64,000 bases of DNA from Ignavibacteriota bacterium. GTDB lineage: Bacteria > Bacteroidota > Ignavibacteria > UBA10030. The notes beneath the pieces are model-generated. The model did no database searches and had not been told where the DNA came from. It saw only the letters and a program-made list of their open reading frames with translations. Below are positions 23,821 through 33,336 of this stretch, piece by piece (position 1 is the stretch's first letter; every line of letters begins with the position of its first letter). Location: positions 3,072,001 through 3,136,000 of the forward strand of contig OY969585.1 in NCBI GenBank assembly GCA_963701295.1, given 5' to 3'. Made by a program: the position numbers and the translations under genes.

Positions 23821-26256
23821 CTATTTGACCAAAACAAGTTTCTTCGTTTCTGTGAACGATCCTGCCTGCAGACGATAAAAGTAAATACCGCTTGGTAATC
23901 CTGAGCCATTAAAGTTTATCGAATGCGATCCTGCTTTTTGTATCCCATCGACGAGCGTTCTTACCTCTCTTCCCAATATATCAAACACTTTCACACTGAG
24001 ATAACCGGTTACTGGTAACTGATAACTAATAACTGTTTCCGGATTAAATGGATTAGGATAATTTTGTAAGAGCGCAAATGTTGTGGGATGTTCTGATCTT
24101 GAAGTATCCACAGAAGTTATTGATGGATCAACAAATAATGTAATTTCATGAAGCGCACTACAGGTGTCTCCATACCAAATCCGTGCTTTGATATCAGTGG
24201 ATTCGTTGATAATGATTTCTGCTTCACTTCCACCATCAATAGCTGAACTCACCTTTCCACCGCCAATGCTTCTCGGGTCTTGATAATCAGTCGTGTAATA
24301 GATTGTTCCAGAGGCATTGGGATTTATCAACTTTAATTTATAGCCTGCTCCAATTGTTAGACTGCTTGCTTGAAGGACTGTATCAATATTTTGAAAAATA
24401 GGCGGATCAATATTGGGATACAGCTTTATTGCTTTATCCTTCAATTGATTTAAAACTATATTTCCGCGTTTGGGAAAGTAATTATTCATAATGTCATTAA
24501 TCGCTGGAAGCCAATCGTTATCTTTTGTGGCTGTAGGAATGAGGTAGGTATCACCCCAGCGAGCAGATTCACCAATAATTGCCATGTTAATTTCTTGTGC
24601 CCGCGAAAAGAAAAGCGGTTTTGTTTTTTCAGGAGTCAAAACTCCATGATTGAAAAAATGTTTATACACATGATCAGCAAAACGGATTCGGTATTCCGGA
24701 TTGTCTGATAATCGAAAGTGCAGCCATTGCGGATGAAATTGTGCAAAATTACTTACCGTCATTTTGAAGCCATCAGTTAAATTTCCTATGTTTACGCGAT
24801 TTTCGTTGAGGCCAATCCCCGGACCTTCTCCTGGTGTTGTTCTCAGAGTATGCTCTGCGTCATGGGCAAAGAACTTGAAGCCATCGGTTCCATTTCGATT
24901 ATAAATGGCATAAAAATTATTGGGATTCTTGTTGTTTCCAAATTTCGTTGTTGGGCTATCAAAATTTCCTGAGTAGAAAATATCGATCATGAAGTCGATC
25001 AGATTATCTATATCGACGAGGACTTTATAGCTTGTATCACGCATACCGCCCGGATTTAGTCCTTGCAGTTTGAAGTAATTCGTATTTGTCTGAAATCCAG
25101 AAACACAGAGATTCCATACATCATGCCACGAATCCGTAGTACCATCTGTCGCTTCAATTTGGTAATTGTCATCTATCTTTATCACATCGTAATCGTCTGA
25201 GCTTCCACCAAAATAGCTTGCAGCGTACTTCGCTTCGGAGCGTTCCTGAGTTTGAAACAATCCCCAATACACTCCATCAATATAAAGATGATAGAATCGA
25301 CTTCTTGTGTAAGGCTGCCCCATTTCTCTTTGCATGTCTCGACAAAACACATCACTGATCATTGTGTTGTATTGCCCAAGATGTCCGGGATAACTCCAGG
25401 CATAATTTTGTCCAGTGCGCAAATCCACTTTGTCGAATTTAGAAACTCCCTCTGATCCAAAAAGCGGATAATCTAACTTGCCTACTCCATACTCACTTCT
25501 GAAAAAGAACCGAAATGCATGCTTGGGATCATCTCCATGCCGGCTCCAGCCTCCTCGAATCCGAATACCTGCATTGATCTGAAAGCCATCTGTTCCATTT
25601 GGATTAAGTAATTCAATAGATGCAGGGCGTTCCCATGCATCACCATCTTCCAATGCATGGTTATAGATACCGCTATCCGCACCAAACAGATTTTTCAGAT
25701 CTGTCACTATAGAAATTGTCGGGATAGCTAAAAGTGCGCTGTCAATTTTGTCTTTATAGAGTGTGCTAGTAAGGACATTGAGATCCATACCGTAATGCAT
25801 GGATTGAACCGATGAAGAATCCAGCCAATCAGCACTGGGCTTGACACCGCTCGGAGATAAAGCTCCGACTTTATCGATGAATAAATATGTTTGAGTCATG
25901 CTTGCACTGAAAGAAGAATCAGGCTCAAGCGTGCATGCGCGAACAACGACAGCGGGTGCTGTTGGTCGATGACCGGTGGTATCTTCCGGATCAATAAGAA
26001 TTGTCACTGGTGAATTTTGACTTAATGCAGTAGCAGATGTTTGAGGTTCCGAACCATCAAGCGTGTACTTAATGATCGCATTTGAAATCTGGGAGCTCAC
26101 AACCACCTGAAACTTGGTTTGATAGAAGCCATGTTTCACGGAAAACTCGGGAACATCTGTTGAAGCAAGACCGGGCTTGGCGTTGAGAACGATTGAACAA
26201 CACCAAACAACCACAACAACTTTTATTAAAGAAACTATAATGCTTGTATTTTTCAT
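23821..26256 (-). CDS. CotH-family kinase-like protein with Fn3-associated (YTLDGSEP) domains and T9SS CTD
   Basis: PEFSVKHGFY...IKYTLDGSEP, WERPASIEL, GIRIRGGWSR, KHAFRFFFRSEYG, HLYIDGVYWGL, NNFYAI...FFAHDAE, ESARWGD and YPNPFNP. Confidence 0.8.
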   Translation of the reverse strand: MKNTSIIVSLIKVVVVVWCCSIVLNAKPGLASTDVPEFSVKHGFYQTKFQVVVSSQISNAIIKYTLDGSEPQTSATALSQNSPVTILIDPEDTTGHRPTAPAVVVRACTLEPDSSFSASMTQTYLFIDKVGALSPSGVKPSADWLDSSSVQSMHYGMDLNVLTSTLYKDKIDSALLAIPTISIVTDLKNLFGADSGIYNHALEDGDAWERPASIELLNPNGTDGFQINAGIRIRGGWSRHGDDPKHAFRFFFRSEYGVGKLDYPLFGSEGVSKFDKVDLRTGQNYAWSYPGHLGQYNTMISDVFCRDMQREMGQPYTRSRFYHLYIDGVYWGLFQTQERSEAKYAASYFGGSSDDYDVIKIDDNYQIEATDGTTDSWHDVWNLCVSGFQTNTNYFKLQGLNPGGMRDTSYKVLVDIDNLIDFMIDIFYSGNFDSPTTKFGNNKNPNNFYAIYNRNGTDGFKFFAHDAEHTLRTTPGEGPGIGLNENRVNIGNLTDGFKMTVSNFAQFHPQWLHFRLSDNPEYRIRFADHVYKHFFNHGVLTPEKTKPLFFSRAQEINMAIIGESARWGDTYLIPTATKDNDWLPAINDIMNNYFPKRGNIVLNQLKDKAIKLYPNIDPPIFQNIDTVLQASSLTIGAGYKLKLINPNASGTIYYTTDYQDPRSIGGGKVSSAIDGGSEAEIIINESTDIKARIWYGDTCSALHEITLFVDPSITSVDTSRSEHPTTFALLQNYPNPFNPETVISYQLPVTGYLSVKVFDILGREVRTLVDGIQKAGSHSINFNGSGLPSGIYFYRLQAGSFTETKKLVLVK

Positions 26257-26432
26257 TCACTTTATTTCTGCGGCCCAAATACAATACAACAGGTCTGGAT
26301 TTATATTAATATAAAATGTTTGCCGTTTCTCAACTGCTGCAAGCAGTGAAATTTCTTACCATCGAAAAACAACGATATGTTTATTCAAGAGTATACATTC
26401 AACCGTACACGATCAATAAAACTTTCTTGGGT

Positions 26433-28403
26433 TTATTTTACTAAACTCATCTTCTTCGTATCAACAAAATCATCTGTTTGCAATTTGTAGAAATAAATAC
26501 CACTTGATAATTTCGATGCATCAAACACAACTTGATAAGAACCAGCTGGTTTTTTCTCTCCCTGAAGAAGCACGGCGACTTCACGACCGAGGACATCGTA
26601 CACTCGCAGTGTAACGGTGCTTGATCGTGGTAATATATAGGAAATCATCGTCTGTGGATTGAATGGATTCGGATAATTTTGATTCAATCGATACTGATTG
26701 ACCACCGCAATAGTCTTATTGTTTTCTACTCCGGTGTTGGTACCCGGTTCAACAAGAATATATTGAACTGACCGTGGAGGTGATGTAAATTTTATATCTC
26801 CTGCGGTCGAATATGCAGAGGCAGGAATAGCAGTCAGTGTGTCAATCGGCCCGCCGATCTGATACTTCGATCCTACTCCATTGACATACACTACCTGTGA
26901 GAAATCACCATTATCCGTGCCGCCTGTCAACGAATACACATAATACCGATCACCATATCCAAATTGCTGTGCGAGTGTTAATTCTACCGTTTGTACTGTC
27001 GTCCCTTTATTCACCACGACGACACCGGCATGCCCTGATGCAAACCGAGATACGTACGCCATGACATTCGAGCTTCCTGTCACGGTCGAGTTGACCATTT
27101 GATCACCGAAAAATTTTTGGAAATAATACATATAAAAGAACGGTGGATGTGGATTCCACATGGGGGGATTACCCGGTTCACCCCCTTGATTGAACATCCC
27201 TTGATCATCACCACCAGAGTATCCATTGGCAAGATCCCATCGACTGGACATGCTGAAACCGTCTTTGGCCAATTCACCAAGCACAAGAGCAGCATGCATA
27301 CCATTGACAAATGAACACATCTGCTTGGATCCGACCGCAAAAATATTCCATTCAGTCAGTGCAATCGGTTTTAATTGCACTTTATTTTGAGTTGCAACCT
27401 GTTTAACAAAGTTATAGATGGAGCTTGAAACAGCCGTGGCCGAATTAAGAATAGTCGCAGCCGGTGTATTCTCACCGTAGTTTGTGAAATATGAGTGCAC
27501 AATAAAAAAGTCCGCAGCATCTCCTGCCTCTTTAAAGAAGCCGCTATCCCATGTCGATTCTGTCGATGTACCGGACGGCTGTTCATACAATACCGCGCCG
27601 ATATATATTGGGTTCCCATTTTCGGCGGCGGCGGCTCGCATAGAATCGGCGTACACCAAAAAGTGTTTGCCATAAAGATCGCCCGTCTGGATCACCGGTT
27701 GACCATCTTTATTCCGTTTCGGATCTATCATGTATCCAGCTTGCCAATTCCCAAAATCCTCATTGCCAATTTCCCAGAACTTTGTTTGCCCTCCATCGTA
27801 CCTTACCCAATTAGCTGCATAGTGAGCTGCAGCAGCTACTGGATCTGAAGATGTCCCGTAACGAGCATAACCATAGTTGATCGTTATGATGCCGGTGGCC
27901 CCGGTATAATTCAGCATGGTATAGTAATTATCAACGGAGAGAGTCCAAGTTTGTGAATTTAAATTTTGACCACCATACCAGTATGATGCGAGGGTGTTTT
28001 TTCCGCTGCTTCCATCTACGAGGGAATCAGGGGTATCAGAAGGCGGCTGAGATGCATCCCAAAAGAAAACACTACTGAGGTTGCCTCCCGGATATCGTAT
28101 AATATTTGGAGATAAAAGCGTGATATATGAGAGCAATGCCGGTTGGTGAATGACATCTGACATATATATATTTGCATTGTTGCCGTACAAATATTGTGAA
28201 ACTTTTGCGATTGTATCGTTTGCAAATATCGTAACCGTTACCGTGGGAGACGCCGATGTTTTTACTCCATCCTGATATACTGGAGTTGATATATATTTTG
28301 ATGCAAAATCATTAAGGAAACAATTTGCATTGGTTTGCCCAAACAAAGGTATACTACTCATGATAGCCGTTGCACAAACATTTATGACGTATCGAATTTT
28401 CAT
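26433..28403 (-). CDS. Clan GH-A glycoside hydrolase (GH51/GH44/GH79-like, family unclear) with T9SS CTD
   Basis: IIRYPGGNLS, WEIGNE (acid/base), HSY, ALTEWN (nucleophile), a C-terminal beta-sandwich and a YPNPFNP CTD. Start placed at MKIRYVIN. Confidence 0.75.
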   Translation of the reverse strand: MKIRYVINVCATAIMSSIPLFGQTNANCFLNDFASKYISTPVYQDGVKTSASPTVTVTIFANDTIAKVSQYLYGNNANIYMSDVIHQPALLSYITLLSPNIIRYPGGNLSSVFFWDASQPPSDTPDSLVDGSSGKNTLASYWYGGQNLNSQTWTLSVDNYYTMLNYTGATGIITINYGYARYGTSSDPVAAAAHYAANWVRYDGGQTKFWEIGNEDFGNWQAGYMIDPKRNKDGQPVIQTGDLYGKHFLVYADSMRAAAAENGNPIYIGAVLYEQPSGTSTESTWDSGFFKEAGDAADFFIVHSYFTNYGENTPAATILNSATAVSSSIYNFVKQVATQNKVQLKPIALTEWNIFAVGSKQMCSFVNGMHAALVLGELAKDGFSMSSRWDLANGYSGGDDQGMFNQGGEPGNPPMWNPHPPFFYMYYFQKFFGDQMVNSTVTGSSNVMAYVSRFASGHAGVVVVNKGTTVQTVELTLAQQFGYGDRYYVYSLTGGTDNGDFSQVVYVNGVGSKYQIGGPIDTLTAIPASAYSTAGDIKFTSPPRSVQYILVEPGTNTGVENNKTIAVVNQYRLNQNYPNPFNPQTMISYILPRSSTVTLRVYDVLGREVAVLLQGEKKPAGSYQVVFDASKLSSGIYFYKLQTDDFVDTKKMSLVK

Positions 28404-28540
28404 ATCAAGATTCCTGTGAATAAAATTCAATGCTATTCTAATATTAAATTCGCATTGAGTCAATGCTGAGCGTCAACTGTGCTTCAATAATCTTATCTCT
28501 TGTTAAAATGTCTGAGGGAATGAACATGTGTACTATGGAA

Positions 28541-28583
28541 AAGAAAGAAAAAGGGTCGATTTCGAAAATTTCAAATCGACCCT
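28541..28583 (-). terminator. Rho-independent terminator of transporter cassette 1
   Basis: AGGGTCGATTT...AAATCGACCCT inverted repeat with an adjacent A-rich tract (U-tract on the minus strand). A second hairpin, GTCATTCCAAT/ATTGGAATGAC, lies at about 28614-28659. Confidence 0.75.
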
Positions 28584-28674
28584 CTCTGTCGCGGATTGTT
28601 CTATTGTCACATCGTCATTCCAATTGACAACACATTTCCTCTGATGTATTGGAATGACTGAAAATTATTCAAAC

Positions 28675-29928
28675 TCAATAGTATGGAGCACCGTTAATTC
28701 CTATATCAACCTTATAAACATACCAATTTATTGCTGGACTCACATTCGCGTTTCCACTTATCAGATAAAGCTTAGTACCTATGCAAAAATCCCTGCAATA
28801 GTCTGGAATAATACCTTTGTAGAGGGTTTCTGAGTGCTGCGTTGCCACATCAACAACAAGAATGGGATCCGGTGAATAGAAACCGATATACAGTTTACTT
28901 CCATCGGCAGAAAATGAAATACTTCGTATAGGACTATTAGCATACGTTGTTGTGGATAAGTCATAAAACAGAGTTTTATCACCAACTTTGCTTGTATCTG
29001 CAAGTGAACTGACCCAGATCGCATGACCAGTTGGCGTTCCTGCTGCAACATAGAGATTTTGATTTTGCAGATTTGTACCAAATACGCGAATCGCCCAAAT
29101 TGTATCTGTTGTGTTATTAAATACGGTTTCTAGTCTAGCTGATTTATTTGGGCGAATGACCTGCAGAGTAGTCCTTACTCCGCCTGCATATAGATATCCA
29201 TTGACATCAAAATCAAAACAGGTAAGGAATTTGGTGCTTTTATACCACAAAGAATCAGTTCCTGTTTGCATATTGATCATGCCCACTTTTTGGGCACCAA
29301 TACTACCAGGGCTAACATAAGTAGTTCCCATATAATAGAGATTTCCATCAGGACCAATTTTCGCCACCGTTGGACCTCCCGTACTTTGTGTCGCAGTTGC
29401 CACCGTTGTCCTCACGCCGTCTGGTGTTATTTTATAGACCGTAAAAGGAGTAGTTCCTTTGATAACATATAAGTTTTCTGCATTATCTAAAGCAACGGTA
29501 TTCAACTGGTCGTTCGCTACAAAGGAGCCAAAACTGCTAATGACACGATTGACTTTATAGGGACCTTTTTTTACAGGATAAAGCGCTTCGTATGATACTA
29601 CCGAAATAGTACAGGTATCGACCGAAAGATTAGGACGATACACCGTAATTGCAGTTGTACTCGAAGACGCTATTATCGCAGGGACGTTACCAAAATAGAC
29701 GAGATTGACGCTTGAAGCATCGGCGAAGTTTTGCCCCTGAATAGTTATAGTACTAACACCGGCAACTGCCGAATCGGGGGGGATAATTTGAGTAATCACA
29801 GGTATCACCGATCCCCCGGCGGGTTTATCCCACTTCGGTTCGGCAACATCATATTTGCATCCGGTAATAACCGTGATCAATGACGCTAAGACAAGGAGAG
29901 TCATTGTGAAGAAGCGTTTGGCTTTCAT
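28675..29928 (-). CDS. Lipoprotein with IPT/TIG domain and probable beta-propeller (cassette 1)
   Basis: Lipobox VITGC followed by KYDVAEP. IPT/TIG-like PVITQIIP...ITIQGQNF...VYFGN. Repeated blade-like motifs (ALDNAENLYV, IGPDGNLYY, FDVNGYLYAG, FSADGSKLYIG). Confidence 0.78.
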   Translation of the reverse strand: MKAKRFFTMTLLVLASLITVITGCKYDVAEPKWDKPAGGSVIPVITQIIPPDSAVAGVSTITIQGQNFADASSVNLVYFGNVPAIIASSSTTAITVYRPNLSVDTCTISVVSYEALYPVKKGPYKVNRVISSFGSFVANDQLNTVALDNAENLYVIKGTTPFTVYKITPDGVRTTVATATQSTGGPTVAKIGPDGNLYYMGTTYVSPGSIGAQKVGMINMQTGTDSLWYKSTKFLTCFDFDVNGYLYAGGVRTTLQVIRPNKSARLETVFNNTTDTIWAIRVFGTNLQNQNLYVAAGTPTGHAIWVSSLADTSKVGDKTLFYDLSTTTYANSPIRSISFSADGSKLYIGFYSPDPILVVDVATQHSETLYKGIIPDYCRDFCIGTKLYLISGNANVSPAINWYVYKVDIGINGAPYY

Positions 29929-29948
29929 AATTTTATTCCTTCCTCAGT

Positions 29949-31007
29949 TCAAAATAAAAATCGAGCGGTCATTCGTTGAACGTTGTTGAATACCCCATAT
30001 GGAGTATATGAGTAATCAAAAGCAAATCCAAATTGAGAGACCCCAACTCCAAATGATAGTCCGCTGTTTTCATCATTATTAGTAATATACCCGCCACGTA
30101 AGGAAAGCATATTCATTATCTTGTATTCTAATCCAATTTTCAACTGTTCAGGATGGTCCCGATAATGACTTGCATCAATGCTCATATATAAGGATTGGTT
30201 CAACGGAACTTCCCCGATCAGGTCCATAAGATTCATTGAGATTCCAAGTGTGAATGTCAATGGCAGTTGAAATTCTTCCTGCGCATATTGAACGTTTTCT
30301 GAAAAATTTCTAACCGACATACCAAACACAAGACTTTTTATACCAGTTTTGAATTGCGTTCCGAAATCTATCACCCACGTTCCCGATTTATTAGGAACAG
30401 TTACCGCACTATCTACATATTTTCCCGTGGTATGCCCAAGAGAATCAAGGAGTGGTACTTGTTTGTATACATTAGGGATATAACTATTTCCCAAATCTTG
30501 ATGAGCCCAGCGGATATGAGCTCCAACGCCAAATCGGTCAGTTAACCGTTTGGCATACCCAACACCGATTGCATAGGAATTCAATTTAAAGATGTCGATA
30601 TCATCGTATCCTTTATCAATATTTTGATCTACACGCGTACTGATAAAATTGCCATAGTCCACATATTGGGCGCTAAAACCAATAACACCGTAATTACCCT
30701 GTGCCGGATTAATGGCCATACCCACTGTATAGTGCCTGATATCGGCAATCCACTGGTTTGTACTGGCTGATACTTCAAAGAAATTTTCCATCCAGGACAT
30801 TCCAGCCGGGTTAAAAAACAAGGAACTGGAATTGGTTTGAAGACTGGTCATTGCTTCTGCCATCGCTGCAGCCTTGGCATCTGAAACGACACTCAAGAAT
30901 TGATATCCTGTTTGTGCTAATTTTTGATTGTCTTGCGTAAACCCATATTGGTGTAGCAGGCTTACCATCAAAAAACTAACTATGATTCTACCTATCTTCT
31001 TTTTCAT
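29949..31007 (-). CDS. PorV/PorQ-family (FadL-like) outer-membrane beta-barrel (cassette 1)
   Basis: AQTGYQFLSV..DAKAAAMAEA, LFFNPAGM, GLEY..MLSLRGGY, FDYSYTPYG and a terminal Phe. Confidence 0.82.
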   Translation of the reverse strand: MKKKIGRIIVSFLMVSLLHQYGFTQDNQKLAQTGYQFLSVVSDAKAAAMAEAMTSLQTNSSSLFFNPAGMSWMENFFEVSASTNQWIADIRHYTVGMAINPAQGNYGVIGFSAQYVDYGNFISTRVDQNIDKGYDDIDIFKLNSYAIGVGYAKRLTDRFGVGAHIRWAHQDLGNSYIPNVYKQVPLLDSLGHTTGKYVDSAVTVPNKSGTWVIDFGTQFKTGIKSLVFGMSVRNFSENVQYAQEEFQLPLTFTLGISMNLMDLIGEVPLNQSLYMSIDASHYRDHPEQLKIGLEYKIMNMLSLRGGYITNNDENSGLSFGVGVSQFGFAFDYSYTPYGVFNNVQRMTARFLF

Positions 31008-31018
31008 TGATCAACTCC

Positions 31019-33301
31019 TTACCTGATAATCACGAACTTACGGAAAGTAGATTGGCCTGCACTAAAAATCTTATCACCTTTTTGGAACATCGTTTGGCCT
31101 TGAGAATATATCTTATGTAAATTTTCATCAGTAATATCATACTTAGCAATTTCATCTTCTTTGGCGTATGTATCTTCGGTGACTTCGACATACAAGATAT
31201 AAATACCACTGACTACGACCTGACCTGAAGAAGTCTTTGAATCCCAGATTTCATCACCCGATCCATTGGTATGAAGTATTTCCAAAATCTTTGTCCCATT
31301 TTCAGTAAATATTTTTAACCTGCATTTTGGTGGAAGTCCATAAAACACAATACGGTCATATTGGAATTGATCACCAAACTGCCATTTCCGTGACCGAATG
31401 TCGTATGGATTAGGAACTACCCGAATTTCACCTAATAAATTAGCTGCAGGCCTAAGCAAATTTGCCGCAACACTCGTTAATGTTAAAAACATGCTGCTAT
31501 ATAAAGGAGTGCCCGGCCTGAGATCATTCTGTGTACCGTCATCCTTCGATTGAATAGAATAATAATAATTAAACCCTCTCACAGCGGAAGTATCATCCCA
31601 GGTGTTACTCGTATAGGATTTATCGCATTCAAAAACCTTTGTATACACTGTACGAAAATCCTTCACACTGCCTACGGCTCTAGTGATCACATACCCATTA
31701 AAATGTGGATCTGCTGCAGCATTACCAGACCATTGCAAGTTTATACGATCACCCCCTGATGTAACTATGAAATGATCAGGTGCTGGTGGAGGCTGAGGGA
31801 GAGTATAACCAGAATAATAATTTCTGAGCGCACTGTGCATGGTTTGTTTAATAGAATCCACTCCTGTAAAAATCCAAGCTTTCGTGTATTCTTCATATGG
31901 TAAGCTCGCCGGAAAATAGCCAGGAGGACGGGTAAGAGGGGGATTGAGCGTAGGTGCGCTTGCGGCTGTAAAATATTGATACCAGTTTTCACCGACCTCG
32001 CGGCATTTTTCCCAGCTTATTCCACTGGATGCTTCAGCAAATATAATATGAATGCTATCTCCAGGAGCAAGTGTATAGGGACCAAAACCTTGTTCCTGCC
32101 CAGTTCCACCACCGGCATCCCGATCTACGTGACCAGTTCTCCAATCAGAGACATATTGATCTCCAACAGATTCTGCATGGGATTGTGGCAGATGCGGTTC
32201 TGATATTCTATTATAACGTTGCAGCATAAACGTTTCATCATATTGACTTACAGCAGCCTCCATAATAGCATCATCTTGGCAACAATATGATGTTGACATA
32301 GGCTGATTAGGATCATTTGTTCCAAAATCGCTCCCCGGTCCTTTCGAAACAAACAAAGTAACTGCACCATTAAATTTCGCGGAACCTATCATACCATCTA
32401 AATTTACTCCGCCTCCTTGTTGATTGGGACAACCCCAATCTTGATCATAGGTCACAGTATTGCGATCCTTGTTGGGACCATAGAATGAATAAAAACCTCT
32501 GATCGTATCATATCTCATAGAATCGGATGAGGGTGCATACGGACCAAAATCATTATATTCAGTACTCATGCCCCATTCCGAAGAGAACGCACCCCATGAA
32601 GAACCGTAGCCAGTGGAAGTAATTCCGGAAAAAGCATAACGATAGAGGAAACCGACCCAGAAATTATTCAATGTCTGCGGATTAACATCACCGGCTTTAT
32701 CATAAATACCGGTGTTCTTAAACACATAGTCATTGATGAAATAATTATTATGATTCTGCTGCACAAATGCGAGTACCTTCTTTGTTACTGAAACACCGAT
32801 TGAAGTATTAAATCGTGTGATAATCATCCTATCACAAGGAAGATTATTCTCTTGATCGTCCAAGACATCGTACAGTGTATTATTTGTACCAATTTGACCA
32901 TCCACAAACACCTTGGGTGGGTTGGATTTTCCAATCAACTTCATGCCGAGAGGAAAAACCATTGCCGGTTGGTTCGCTGGATCATAGCGAGGCCCCGAGC
33001 CGACAACCTTCACAGATTTCAATTTATTTTCAACTTTATCATAGAATTGTTTGGCACCTAACCATAGGCCATTCATCCGGCAGGTGTACTGGTTGTCGCC
33101 ATATTGTACTGGCCATTCCAGAAAATTATTACCAGTTCCTATAAGCTCACATTCGGATCCGTAGTCCATAAAAAAAGATTGTAATTGACCTACACGCATC
33201 CATCTGGAATCTTGAGATGCCAATCGCTGGAAACCGCCTGCAATGAAGATACAACCGATTACCATCAGCATCAGTCGAATTGTATATTTTTTATTATTCA
33301 T
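31019..33301 (-). CDS. Large secreted protein with Fn3-like domain and atypical T9SS/FlgD-Ig-like CTD (cassette 1; putative SusD substitute)
   Basis: Signal peptide. GFGPYTLAPGDSIHIIFA, PQPPPAP..VTSGGDRINLQW (Fn3-like), IRVVPNPY...FYGLPPKC.LKIFTENG...WD...SGIYILYV...RKFVIIR. Confidence 0.75.
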   Translation of the reverse strand: MNNKKYTIRLMLMVIGCIFIAGGFQRLASQDSRWMRVGQLQSFFMDYGSECELIGTGNNFLEWPVQYGDNQYTCRMNGLWLGAKQFYDKVENKLKSVKVVGSGPRYDPANQPAMVFPLGMKLIGKSNPPKVFVDGQIGTNNTLYDVLDDQENNLPCDRMIITRFNTSIGVSVTKKVLAFVQQNHNNYFINDYVFKNTGIYDKAGDVNPQTLNNFWVGFLYRYAFSGITSTGYGSSWGAFSSEWGMSTEYNDFGPYAPSSDSMRYDTIRGFYSFYGPNKDRNTVTYDQDWGCPNQQGGGVNLDGMIGSAKFNGAVTLFVSKGPGSDFGTNDPNQPMSTSYCCQDDAIMEAAVSQYDETFMLQRYNRISEPHLPQSHAESVGDQYVSDWRTGHVDRDAGGGTGQEQGFGPYTLAPGDSIHIIFAEASSGISWEKCREVGENWYQYFTAASAPTLNPPLTRPPGYFPASLPYEEYTKAWIFTGVDSIKQTMHSALRNYYSGYTLPQPPPAPDHFIVTSGGDRINLQWSGNAAADPHFNGYVITRAVGSVKDFRTVYTKVFECDKSYTSNTWDDTSAVRGFNYYYSIQSKDDGTQNDLRPGTPLYSSMFLTLTSVAANLLRPAANLLGEIRVVPNPYDIRSRKWQFGDQFQYDRIVFYGLPPKCRLKIFTENGTKILEILHTNGSGDEIWDSKTSSGQVVVSGIYILYVEVTEDTYAKEDEIAKYDITDENLHKIYSQGQTMFQKGDKIFSAGQSTFRKFVIIR

Positions 33302-33336
33302 CAGAAATTCCCATTTATATTAGTGGTTGTCGATTT

